Below are positions 23,337 to 35,400 of a stretch of 64,000 nt of DNA, piece after piece. The notes under the pieces were generated by a model. That model did no database searches and was not told the DNA's origin. It saw only the letters and a list, made by a program, of their open reading frames with translations. The first letter of the stretch is position 1. Every line of letters starts with the position of its first letter. A program made the translations under genes and the position numbers. The DNA comes from Flectonema sp. DT1601 (lineage: Eukaryota): contig OZ025789.1 of NCBI GenBank assembly GCA_964019425.1, forward strand, positions 992,001-1,056,000, read 5' to 3'.

Positions 23337-25025
23337 CTAAACTACGTGATCTTTGACTTCCTCTTCCGACTCTTCTTCTTCCCCTGATGATGACATCTCA
23401 GTTTCTTTTGCTGTTGATGCAGAGGATGAGTTTTGTGACATGCAACAAAGGTACATACGAGCTAAGAGGTAGATAATACCAAATCCGGCAAGACCACCAA
23501 TTAGAGCTCCGCGAAGCCTGTTACGAAGACTGTCGTTGTTGTAGAGTTCTTCGAAATTTTTGATTCCGAAAAACATTTGGGTGACTGCGATGATGAAGAC
23601 TGCCATTCCACAAAACATGTGAAACCATCCCCAACATTTACGATGAGTTGATTCGTTGTTTGGTTTTGCGACACCTCCAAGAACTTGAAACCATCCAATA
23701 CCAAGTATTGCGAATCCCAATTCTCTGTGAGAGTAGTCAACCCGATCCTCAAACTTAGTAACTGCCAAAGCAACAAATACCGTCGTCAGAGCCATTCCAA
23801 TAAACATCATTACAAAATGAAGAACAAATGAAATTGGTAAACCTCTAATCTCGCAGTTGCATACGAATGGTCCCATCATTTTTATTAAAATTGCTAACGG
23901 AATCCAGTAAGCCCAAATCGCAATCATTGCCGCCGCGTGAGTACGAACATCATCTTCGTCAGCTATCTTCACAGCAACACCAGTACCAGTAACAAAGTTC
24001 ACAACAGAAGACCCTCTTGTACTGTGCTTAACACTTGGAAACTGTGTAAGACTAGTGTGGTATGCGAAGTTAACTGGTGTTTGTGTTGTTAGTGTCGATG
24101 TCGGTTTGTTAAATCTGATAATTCTACGACCTCCGACAACTTCTGTTTGAGTGTTTGTAATATCAGAAGCAGTCAAAACAATCCCAGCAGAGTTCCTCGC
24201 TGATATTCTATAAACTGAAGCAATCTGACTATTACTTGAAACAGCAATAGCTGGCGTCATTGAAGTAGCAACTGTTGGAAATGATAAAGCGAGCCATCCT
24301 GTGACTCCAACAGCTGTGACTGCGACTGATGTGATTCCATTTGATGCTGCTGTCCAATGAATTGACACAACAGATGAAAGAACTAACACACAATCATATG
24401 TAGTAGTACTACCAGTAAATGTTAAGGTTGATCTCGTACAAACATTTGACCTCACTGGAACAGTTGTAGGAGTTGGTGTTGTAGTCGGTGTTGGAGTCGC
24501 TGTAACCTTTCCATCTTCAATATTTATTGGGAGAAATCCTCTGTTTGCAGCAGTGTGTTGAGTTAGTGCTGCTGTACCACCATAAGCAAACACGGCATTT
24601 ATAACACCAGTAACGAACTGAACTCTTCTAAAAGTAACAAGTAACCTACCAGATGCTGCAGTCACAGCAGTTGCTGTTAACCAACCTGGACTACTCACTG
24701 TCGCCAGTATTGTCGCTGTGTTTTTTGCTGATAATGTATATGTATTTATCGTGACAGCTCCAGTACCAGTTGCCCCAACAACTGCAGTGCTTCCAATCAT
24801 CGCGCTTGGTACGGTGTTCCATCCCAAACTAGCCCAACCAATACTGCCAGTTAGAGGGACGTCAATAGCCATGTTGACAAATGCGTTATTTACATCTGTG
24901 TGCCAATGAATAATCGTATTACCACTTGTTACCATACAAGTGTACCCTTGTCTGGTTGATGGCGTGGCACACACTGCACTGCTAAGCCCGATCAGAGTCG
25001 CCAGGGAGGCAAGAAATAGTTTCAT
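23337..25025 (-). CDS. DOMON-DOMON-cytochrome b561 (CYBDOM-type) membrane redox protein
   Basis: Signal peptide, two DOMON domains (GWASLGW..M..QH; GWLALSF..M..KH) separated by a Thr/Pro linker, then TM helices with four spaced His (THAAAM, LHFVMM, SHRELG, FHMFCG). Confidence 0.88.
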   Translation of the reverse strand: MKLFLASLATLIGLSSAVCATPSTRQGYTCMVTSGNTIIHWHTDVNNAFVNMAIDVPLTGSIGWASLGWNTVPSAMIGSTAVVGATGTGAVTINTYTLSAKNTATILATVSSPGWLTATAVTAASGRLLVTFRRVQFVTGVINAVFAYGGTAALTQHTAANRGFLPINIEDGKVTATPTPTTTPTPTTVPVRSNVCTRSTLTFTGSTTTYDCVLVLSSVVSIHWTAASNGITSVAVTAVGVTGWLALSFPTVATSMTPAIAVSSNSQIASVYRISARNSAGIVLTASDITNTQTEVVGGRRIIRFNKPTSTLTTQTPVNFAYHTSLTQFPSVKHSTRGSSVVNFVTGTGVAVKIADEDDVRTHAAAMIAIWAYWIPLAILIKMMGPFVCNCEIRGLPISFVLHFVMMFIGMALTTVFVALAVTKFEDRVDYSHRELGFAILGIGWFQVLGGVAKPNNESTHRKCWGWFHMFCGMAVFIIAVTQMFFGIKNFEELYNNDSLRNRLRGALIGGLAGFGIIYLLARMYLCCMSQNSSSASTAKETEMSSSGEEEESEEEVKDHVV

Positions 25026-25395
25026 TTTACAATACTTTTTGTGTATGTGTGTGTTGTTAGTTGCTTTATTGAATTTCTTGCTCTTTTTTTTTTTTTTTTT
25101 TTTCTATTCCTGTGAGTAGAATTAAGTATCACTACAACGACCAACGTTATTCGATACACACTCGTTATTTTCAATTCATTTTATTGGTTAAGCTGAAAAG
25201 CAGAAATATATGCAAAGCTACTGTGACGAGGTGTCAACACACTGATGATACGTAACTTTGAGGGAGTGGTATGGTGCTGATTAAGAACACAAAACAGATT
25301 ATAATAAAAAATAACAACAAGGGGACAGGCAAGCAAACAAAAAAGAATAGGAAATCTATTTGATAAGTGCCTGGGTCTCGAGTTGATTAGGTCGT

Positions 25396-26154
25396 CTACT
25401 TCTTTCTGTCATAAAACCACTTGTAGACTTTCTTACTATTCTCATCATTTGGATTAGTGTGGACTAATGCTCGTTTTCCTTTTTTAAGAAGTTTTTGTTT
25501 GTCATCAATGACTGTGACTAGCTGGTCGAGTTTTGATTTTCTACGAAGGCGTTCTGAGAGAGCGAGGTATTGACGTGCTGTGTGTTTGTCAGTTTCCATA
25601 TCCGGCTCAGCGATGTCAACAGTTTTCAAAATTGCTGTTCTAGGACGGTTTGAAGTGTTGTTTAACAAGTCAGATGGAGTATCGAAGTATTCGGAAGCAT
25701 CAAAATTTTCAACCTGTTCGAGGTCATCAACAAAGACCGTGTGTTTGTTTGTTGACGGGAGTCCCATAAAACTGAGTGAGCTTTTCATCTGTTTAACTGC
25801 TCCACCGTCAACAGCTGCTTTGTAGCGAAGGTATCTCGAGTTCGCTTCGTTTTCACGTTTTTGTTGAGGTCCTTTCTTTGGAGCTATGACTTTCATATGG
25901 CGTCCAAATTCATCTGTTTCAGTATTAATCATCGCTGTATTGAACTCGTCTGGGTTTCTTGTGGCAACCGCCAATCTCATTGCTCTCAGACGCTCTCTCT
26001 TCTTCTTGAAATTCTTCGCTCTCAAAATGTAATCTCTCTTTTTCTCCAGCATACCGAATTTCTTTCTTATGGAAGTCTGTCCTCTCTCACCATGATCTCT
26101 TGCCTTGAAGGCCTTACTGAGTGCTCTGGAGCCATCTCCCTTTCCTTTTGTCAT
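25396..26154 (-). CDS. UTP11: U3 snoRNA-associated protein 11
   Basis: HGERGQ..FGMLEKKRDYILRA..RNPDEF..NKHTVFVD..YFDT..VYKWFYDRKK. Confidence 0.95.
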   Translation of the reverse strand: MTKGKGDGSRALSKAFKARDHGERGQTSIRKKFGMLEKKRDYILRAKNFKKKRERLRAMRLAVATRNPDEFNTAMINTETDEFGRHMKVIAPKKGPQQKRENEANSRYLRYKAAVDGGAVKQMKSSLSFMGLPSTNKHTVFVDDLEQVENFDASEYFDTPSDLLNNTSNRPRTAILKTVDIAEPDMETDKHTARQYLALSERLRRKSKLDQLVTVIDDKQKLLKKGKRALVHTNPNDENSKKVYKWFYDRKK

Positions 26155-27169
26155 ATTGGTAGTAGCTTGCCTATGTGATAATTAATTTGTTTTTTTTTCT
26201 CAATTAGATGATAAGTAATTCGGATGTTTGTTGGAACTGACAATCCCCTGGAGAGAATAAAATAAAAAAAAAATATAAAAAAAACTCATTTCTAAATCAA
26301 TCAAACAAGAAGTTGACCTACTGAGGAAGTATAAGAAAAACAACAAAATAGAGTAAACCAGATTAAAAAAAAAAAGGGGATTTTCCCATTTCACGTTGTC
26401 AGTGTCGGAGCCGCGGTAATACTAAATGAGTAGATATCATCATCCCAATAGCGGGTACACACAAAAACACACAAAACAATGCGAAGGCTCACATAAACAA
26501 AAACAACAAGGGATGGTCAGAGATTTCCCTTTTCTGCTTTAGGTGAGGTTGCCTAGAACACTATAATTGCACAGATCAGACTTATATTTTATTTAACTTC
26601 AACTTATTCCTTTTCGGCTTAAGTGGCCGTCTCTTGTGGCACATCAAGTTACCACTTAGTACAATAAGCTTATATCCACTAAGGATTCCCGATGCTGATT
26701 ATATATCTTATTAGAAAAAAAGGTGGAAAGAAAAATATTTCTCTCTCCTTTGTTGGTTAATCAATTGACAAAGTGTGGGAGAATCGAGAAAAATAATAAT
26801 AATAATAATAATAAAAAATAAAACCAACGAACTAACCAAAACAGATGTCGGGGGGGCAGGGATGGAACTCAAATCCAGAAACAACAACCATGCCAACATT
26901 GCAGTGGCAGTGACATGAAGGGGAGAAATGAGTTTTTTTTTTTTTTTTTTTTTTTTAAATGTGTATATAACGCTAAAGCTCTGCTGTTAAAGAACGATTC
27001 ACCAAACACACATAACTCAATAGCAATCTTAACGAAACAAATTTACTCACAATGAAGTCTCGATAATGGTTAAAGAAAATCCCCATCTCGATATCTGTCA
27101 GCAGTTTCTCAACGAGCCTTTGCAGTAATGAAATGTTCCAAAATTCGATTACTCGATATGTCGCATTAT

Positions 27170-28393
27170 TTATTTATCTTTATTCTGCTGAGTGTAAACC
27201 ATGAAGTCATCTATCAGAAGTGGCCAACTGCTGTTGGCATCGTACGTTTCAACAGCAGTCTCATCATTTGCGAGATCTAAGAGAACAAACCACTCATCAC
27301 GAGATATAACTTTCTTGTTTGAAGACTCAATGAAGCTCAACCAAGTTTTTAAATGATTCCACTTGCCGTCAAGTAGGAGTTGCCAATACCTGTTGTGATT
27401 TTGTTCATTTTATTAAAGTTAACTCGCATCTAATAAGGAATGTGAGTCACCGGTGCTCTTTTGCCGAAACTGGAAGCCAGTAGCCCAGTGTGGAAATTAG
27501 AATAGGAAGGAATTCCTATGGGATGCGGGTCAATCGACATGAGGTCGCCGCAATACTTCATTTGCAAATCAGAAGAGTAAAAAAACCCCATGAGATACGG
27601 GTTTACACCAACAAGAAATCTTGGGGAAAAAAAAACATCATCAAAAGCTGTACGATATTTAAAAAAAAAAGCATTGATTCGATTCAATGACCAAGAAGAA
27701 TATTTTCAAGGACGCGGTACAATTAGCGCTTTTGGCAAAAGTTTGCATTTTAATAAATTAATAAACAACATACATAGAGGCATCATCAATTGGCATATTC
27801 CGCACAGACTGATCTCTGATGAAGGTGAACGCAAATTCATAAATTTGTCGAAATTTTTTTGAACTGATACTCATAAGAGAAGAACGCCAAGAAGGTACTT
27901 GCTTTTTGAGTGCGGCAGCTGACGATATGTTCTTAGAAGCGCAGTAAATATTCCAAGCATTCTCTGTAATTGTAAGTTGTTGTATCTCAGAAGAAGTATC
28001 AGCAGAACAGACTTCATAACTGAATGCTAAGAGAGCCGGATCCTCAACATCGATCCCGATGACTGTCGCTATAGCTTCCCAAGACTCTTGATATTGAATC
28101 ATACGAGATGAGAGGTCTCCTTCTGACTTTAAAACTGATTCGAATAGCATCGTTGATCCATTCTTCCCTTCCTTCTTCTCAACGACTGGTTTTGGTGTTG
28201 ACGCTGCCACCTGTGTCGGTGTCGGTGTTGATGTTGATGTTGGTGATGCAGCAATTTCACCTTTTTCTTCCTTCTTCCTAACATGCTGAGCTGGGCTAAT
28301 TTGCTGCTGTCGGCTACCTACTGATGCGTACTCGCTGGTTTCTAGAGTCTTCTCCTTCGGTTCCCTTCGCATCTTGCCTAAGCAACTTCCCAT
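27170..28393 (-). CDS. DCN1-like cullin neddylation factor (PONY domain), probably N-acylated (~279 aa, 2 exons)
   Basis: FRQIYEFAFTF in exon 1; GT-AG intron 27390-27773. Exon 2 (manual translation): YWQLLL..WLSFI..ISRDEW..YDANSSWPLLIDDFM. N-terminus MGSCLGK. Confidence 0.9.
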
Positions 28394-29437
28394 TTTAAAC
28401 GTTTCTCAGATTCTAATTACAAAAGAAAATAATAATAAATAAATAGATAAATCACAAAACATATTAATCAAACGAACGAACGGCATTAATGGATAGGGAA
28501 GTGCTTGAAATACGGTCGAGTTGTTAAGGTGGGAAGGGAACGGGGAAAAAAAGGAAAATCGAAAACGAGGGAGAGTAAAAACCAAAAAAAAAAAAGAGGA
28601 TATTAGGCTACCAAAAGGTCAAGTAAATCAGCAGCAGAGAGAACGAAAAAGGGGGATTAGAGACATCAGCGAAATTATTAATTTTTCATTCAGAGAGAAG
28701 AATTATACTTTCAACACATACCAAATCCCCTCACTTTAAGGTAACAGTTTAAAAAAAGAAAAAACGATACGAGAAAATTCGCAAGCGACACAAGTATAAA
28801 CAGCAACAGTTCCACTTTCAGATTGATCTGTGTGTAGGAGAAGAAATCAGAATACCGTGGCATTCATAAACGAACAGTGGAATGCAAAAAAAGAGGCTGT
28901 AATCCCAGTCAAAAAAAAAATAAAAAAGCAGGGAGGGGAAGAAGAAAAGAAACTGTAGGACGCATCGCAGGGACATCATCTCATCACCAGAACCTCTTAA
29001 GCAGTTAATTCATTTCTTTTTCTTTTTCTTTTTAAAAAAAAGAACAAAGCACCAGTTAATGCTATCAAATAACAAAATCAGAATGCCGTGTGCCTTCAAC
29101 ACTCATATTATAAGAAGGGATGGGAAGGGGTGCATACCAAAAAAAGTAAAATTAAAGGACAAAATAAATAAATCATCTTTTCATAATAAAGTTAAACAGA
29201 AAGGGGGGGGAGTTGAAATTTTGACAACGTAAAAACAATAACAACTTTAGGATATTAAAAAATATTTGTAGTTGTTCAATCAAAAGAAGAGGTACGTTTT
29301 AGAAAACATAAAAGGGAAAAATTATTTTTTTTTTTGTAGCGAAGAAAGGGGGAATTATGTATTTTTTTTTCTTTGAAAATTCAATTATTATTTGAAAAAA
29401 AAGAAAAAAAAAGAACAAAATAAATGATTCCAGTCTA

Positions 29438-32400
29438 CTACACGACAGTGTATAAAGCCTTGACCTTCTCACGTTTTTCTTGTCTGCGTTTTTCACGTTT
29501 GGCAATGTCAGCAGCAGACCTTCTGAAGAAGGAGAAGTCGCAGTCAGAGTCAGAACCTTCGTCTGAACTGAAACCTTGTTCTGCCTTCTTCTTTTCTTCT
29601 TCCTGTTTCTTGCGTTCTCTCTCAGCTTTTTCCTTAGCAATGAGTAACTTCTCCAGCTCCTTTTGCAACAAGACAGCCAGTTTTTCGTATTTCGAACGTT
29701 CCTTCTGAGCCTGATGACGGAATTTCTTCTCTTTTGCTTCAAGGGCGAGGATCTGGTGGGAAACTCGTTCCCAATCAGGAGATCCGTTGAGCAGGTTGCT
29801 GAGTGATCGTTGTAATTGAGCGAGTTGGTAAGAGACGTTTGATAATTTAATATCAGTTTGGTAACCAATCTTTGAATTCTTGTGATTAACAATCGCTTGT
29901 TTTAATTTACAACTATTGTAGTCTCTGTCAGCCTCATGTTCATTACCGATGTGAATATAACGGAGCGTCACCATTTCCTTCTTCTCCATCAACGGTTGTT
30001 TGTTTAGCTGTCTTTGTTTTTCCATTATCGTAATTCGATGTTGGAATGCTTCTATTTTTTCATCGATACTCGTAGTGCTGAGTCCTTGAGCTGCTGCGTG
30101 GTCTCTTTCCAGTTGAAGGACTTCAATTTGTCTGTCGAGAGGCTTCTTCTTAATCTCAAGTTCTTCATCGACTTCCGTTACTTTCATGTCGAGTACTTTG
30201 TGAAGCTTTTCTAAAATCATTTTGTCTTCCTTCTCTTGTCCCTTCTCCTTGTCTTCACCAACAATAGCACGACGCCATCTGTTGAGGGCGTTTAGTTTGG
30301 CCTTTCGAGCCTTTTCATCTTTCGGGTTGACGACAACTAATTTATTTCTCATCTTCTTTGCTTCATCTTCGTCTTCAGCGTCTGGATCGTTCTCTCCTCC
30401 TTTTGTCGCTGCAGCTTTTTCCCTTGCTTCCTTTTTACGTTGTTGTTCTGCGTAGTCTTCCTGTTGTTCAAGGAGGAGGTCACGTGCTGTTACAATTTCA
30501 TCGTGGCGATCCTGTTTTGTGTTTTTTTATTATTATATTTTTTTAACAGAGAAGGGAAAACACTATTCTACTCAAGAACATACCTGAATATCACTCTCTG
30601 CATGAACTCCTACTTTGATGGATAAGTCTTTTAAGATTCCACCATTCATATGTAAAGCACTCACCTTATCACCTCCAAATAGTTGAAATCCGTGTTCTAT
30701 TGTTAAACGAGATGGTGGTAGACGAGGTTGTTTTTCAACTTCAACACGTCTTCCATCAATGTAAGCCTTCATTACAGTAAACTCTGAGTCAGTATTGGAA
30801 GAACCAGGGTTTATTGGTGTTATAGTACAACCTTCTCCGCTGTCACTCATACAGACGAATGGGAATAACTTCTTGTCTGGCAGGCCTGTTATTTGAGCGA
30901 CACGCCATTCACCTTTCCAGAGCTCCAGTGTTTTCTTCGTCATATTTAATTTAAATCGGAGAACGTCTCTTGACTGGTATCTGAGTTTTGTGTTTTCGTA
31001 GTGATCGGGAAGTCCAACCAATCCCCTGAATAGGTACCCACGGTTATGCCAAGAAATAGCATTCTTGCAATCTGCGCCATACACACGTTCAAATAGAGAG
31101 ACGTCTTCAGTGCATACGCCGACCATAAAGTTGCTGACCTTCTTATCTAAAGTGATCTCCCAGTTCATTCTACCTGTTCTGATTCCGTGACTCGCAACAG
31201 CGTTGTGATAACTGTTGTCAGTCTTTCTGCCTACGAAGACTGATCTTCCCTTGTTACTATCTCTGATGTCTTGTTCTTGTTTATCCCAGTTCAAGTCTGA
31301 TGGTGTCTTGTCAGTCTGCAGGTAGTACCCACGAAGAGCTGTGTACATCAGACTGAGAGGATCAAGTTTGTCGGAGATTTTATGTCCGCGAGTGTGTTCC
31401 TTAATGAGAGTAGTGACTGGTTCAGGAGTCTCCCATGAGTCTGCTGGCTTGCGAGACTTCTTTTCGATACGCCACTCAGATACTGCGGCCTGCATTCTAT
31501 CGATGAGTGGAATGTCGGAGATGATACCGAGAGCGTCTCTCTCACTTACAACAACTGTGACAACGTGCCAGTTTCCATCATCCAATGCAACTCGCATTGC
31601 TTGGGTTTGAACCTCCTCGAAGTCATCTTCTTCGTCTTCAAGTTCGGGTTTTTCATCCTCGCGATCTTCATCTTCGTCTTCGTCTTCATCACGTTTCTTG
31701 TTCTTCTTTTCTTCCTTAGCTCTCTTGGCGTATTCCTTAATCATATCAGTACAGAGTGTTTCTGGGTCCATTCCAGCTAAGATTCCAAGCATTTCCTTTA
31801 CTTCTTCAGGGTCTAATTCTGTTTCTTGTTCTTGCTTCTTCTTGTCTTCCCAGAAGTCACCCCAGAAGGATGCCCAAGTTGTTGATTCATCATTTCCAGT
31901 CTTTTCTTCTTCGTAGTCCTTTCCGTAACCACCGAAACCAGCCATTGCGTCAGCTGTGAATCCGGTGAATCCAACGGTTTTGTTTCGATCTTTGTCTTCG
32001 GTGCTGTTCTTAGCCGTCAGTTTGATGCGTTCTTCTGTACCACATCTAAAGACTCCCTCGTGACTTACTAATATAACAAGTCCTGGGGTTACTCTCGCAA
32101 GACATACTTCAGACAATGCCCTTCTTGTTGGGAATCTAATCGAACACGTGAATGACCAATCTCTGAATCCTTGTTTAATTTCTGGTATCATTTTAGCACG
32201 GAAAGCTCTGACACGTTCTTCGTCTTTTTGTAATTTGCTGGCGTATATGCGAGGGTAAGGGCGACCCTTTGCGCGGATGTCTTGATCATGTTTGAGGTCA
32301 GCAGTCCATTGACCCTTTAATGTTGTGTTCGAGAATAACCAATTACGAGTATGACGAGTGTCACTTAATCTCCAACGGCCGTCACAGTAGAATAGAACTG

Positions 32401-35400
32401 ACCCTCCATTGGTTCGGCAGAATTTGCGCTCTACGCCTCTGGCAGATTCTTCTGGTGACGGGGTAAATAACCCGTAGACACCATTGACGTTGTTACCAAT
32501 TACATCTGGGCAACCCGTCACTGCGATTTCAAATATCTTATCGGCAGTTACGTCAGCCTCATCTTCACTCACAGCTGCGCATATAAACACAGCCTTGTCA
32601 GGTTGCCACATTGAGTCCTTACCAGCTCCTTCTGCACGCTTCCACTCCTTTATTTTATGAGGCATTGCACCGAATGACTTGTGAAGAGATTGGATACGTC
32701 CAGTGTTGCGGTCGCGGGCTTCTTCACCAGAACCGATCATCCAGGAGCCACCTGATGCCAGGAAGAGACGTTTGTCTCCGTTATTCCAAACTGGGCTAGC
32801 TGTTGGGTCTTCCTTTGATTCCTCAGTTAAGTCGTAGAGACCTTCAAAATCAACACAGCGAGGAGAGTTCAACAGCAGTGTTGGTGGGACCTCATCTCCT
32901 TCATCACTGTCAGAGCCGTAGTCAACTTCTTCGATAGTTTCTGCGTACTTCTCTACGAGTCGAAGTGGAATCTTTAAGAATGATTCAGATCCCAAGTCCC
33001 ATCCGGTAGTCAGTTGTTCTTCTTTTAGTTCAGAAGTTAAAAATCTTTCTTTAACAGAGAATGCCTGACCGTATGCGAGAACGTGTCTTGGTAACGATTC
33101 CATTTCAAAATCAAACTTTGCGGTGTTGTTGTCAACTACCAAATGCGGATTTGGTGTCAGACCAGCAGCCTTGAAGGCGGCATCTTCCTCTTCGAAGATT
33201 TGACGCTCAGCTGCCTTGTCAGCTTCCTCTTCGAGGACTAAGGCGTCAGAGTTTTCTTGTTGGGTTCGAGTACGGAGAGCAATGGATTCAGTTCGGAGTT
33301 CTGATTCACCGCGAGCTGCAACAGTTGGAAGATTCTTTCCTTCATTATCATCAGGTAAGTCTTCTTCATCATGTTTACCAGTTGTGATTGCTAAGAAGTC
33401 AGGATACGATAAGTTACCATCTCCAATTGCATCAGCTGCTGCTACAAACTGCAACACCTGAAGTGACGTCACTTCGATACCCAACCAGGTAAGAGCACCC
33501 CAGATCTCAGCAGGAGATAGAACACCAGTACCAGAGCTATTGAATGCCGTGTATGCTTCTCCGAGAGGTAGATCTCTATTTTCTAAACCTCTTTGAATAC
33601 AAGTTCCAAGAGCACGTTGATGAAGTAATGTGTAGGCATCAATCAGTCTGCAGACTTTACTCAACGGTGTTGCATCCCATCGAGAAACAGTTCCACGTCT
33701 TCTACAACCAACAACTTGTTGAAAGAATACTAATCTCTGACTAGGTGGAGTGCAGTGTAATGATCGAAGTAATAAGTTAAGTTCAGCATCGTTGTATTGA
33801 TATTCACCATCGAAGTATTTAAAGCAAACTTGAGATTTATCAGCCTGATAAGTACTCTTCATTGGTTCAACAGGGAACTGGGAAGTCTTATCAAGAATAA
33901 CACCACCTGAAGGTACGCAACGAATAGCTAACTGAACATTAGAAGAAGGAATAATTGATTCACCGTTACGTGTCTTGACGTGGATAACTCTTCGGAGGGT
34001 TTCTGCTTCTGCGAGAGCGAGACAAACAAAGAAACGACCATCTTCTTCGTGACGGAAGAAGTTTCCACGAAGAGCTGAGAAAGCCTCATCAGATGAAAGG
34101 AACTCTTTTTGTTCCATAAACTTTGTAATATCACGTGGCTTAATATCAATTCCTAATGCGATTCTAAACAATTCCCTTACCATGGTACTGTCACACTGTT
34201 GTTCTCTTTCTAACATTGACATCGTATCTTTAAATAGCGATCCTTCAATGGATCCGTAGTCACGACTAGGTGATTGCTTTACTGAAATCTTGTTCAGGTC
34301 AGGAATCCATTCAACAACGCAGATAACGTTTTTAATACGACGTTCACCACCCCATCTCTTATCGAAGAAGTTATTAGACGTCATTAGTGACTCTGGGAAT
34401 AAAACATTTCTTCTTCTGTAAAGTTTGAAATCAGTCATTGAGTAGAAATGTTTTGCGTCTTTCACATCTCCCAAAGTCGATAATTTCCATGGGCTTGGTT
34501 CTTCACCGTCTCTGCTGTAAACCAAGTCGATGTATTTTTCGACTTCAATTTCTTTTTCTTCTTCCTTTTCTTCTTCTTCTTCCTTTTCTTCTTCTTGCTC
34601 CTGAACCATTTGAACGTCGTGGTTCTCCTGATGTTTGGCTTTTTCTCTTGTGACTTCAGCAATAATCTTTGTAACCACTCCCATTTGATCTTCAGGTATA
34701 AAAGCTTTATGAGGTGGATCGTTGTTGTCAATCATTCCCTGAAGGACTTCAGAAAACAATTTATCAGTAGGTACGATGTCAGGTAAATTAAACTCAATCG
34801 GTTCTCTGTAGATGTTCAACGCATTCAACGCATGCGGAGTTGGAAGAACTCCTTGCGTGAGTGAGAACTGCTTATGATTCTTAAGCAACACGTTAAACGC
34901 TTCTTTTCTATAAACGTTTGCAACCTTTTGAATACAAAGTTGGTTGTATTGTAATTTCTCTGTACGCATACTATTAATCATCAGCCATGCTACGGTAGCT
35001 ACTAATACTTGTCTTGTGATGTCTTCTTCACAACACATAGCTGAATCTGGTGGTGGGTCAGAAGGAATAGACATATTCGCTAATCTCAACTCTCTACACA
35101 TCAGATCGTAGACTTCTGGGATGATAATTAAGTCAATCGTTTGTCCAGTTCCAATACCACGCATACGGTAAGCTCCCTGAGCAAAGTCTCTAAAAGTCAT
35201 GTCCTTTCCGAGAGTAAGGGCAGCCTGAGCATTAGGAGTGTGACTGACATCTAATCCAGTAGTGTGAACTTGATCGTAGAATGTAAACCTTTTTAGTTTT
35301 GGTATTCCACATTCTTCTAATTTAATAACTCTTCCAGTTGCTCTCACGAGAATCATTTTCCTGTCTTGTTCATCAAGGAACACTACTCCCTCCATCTGAG

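Noticed and set aside
27566..27645. Intronic box C/D snoRNA (TGATGA..CTGA on the minus strand)
   Set aside because: The C box context is imperfect, there are internal T-runs, and no terminal stem or recognisable rRNA guide is present.
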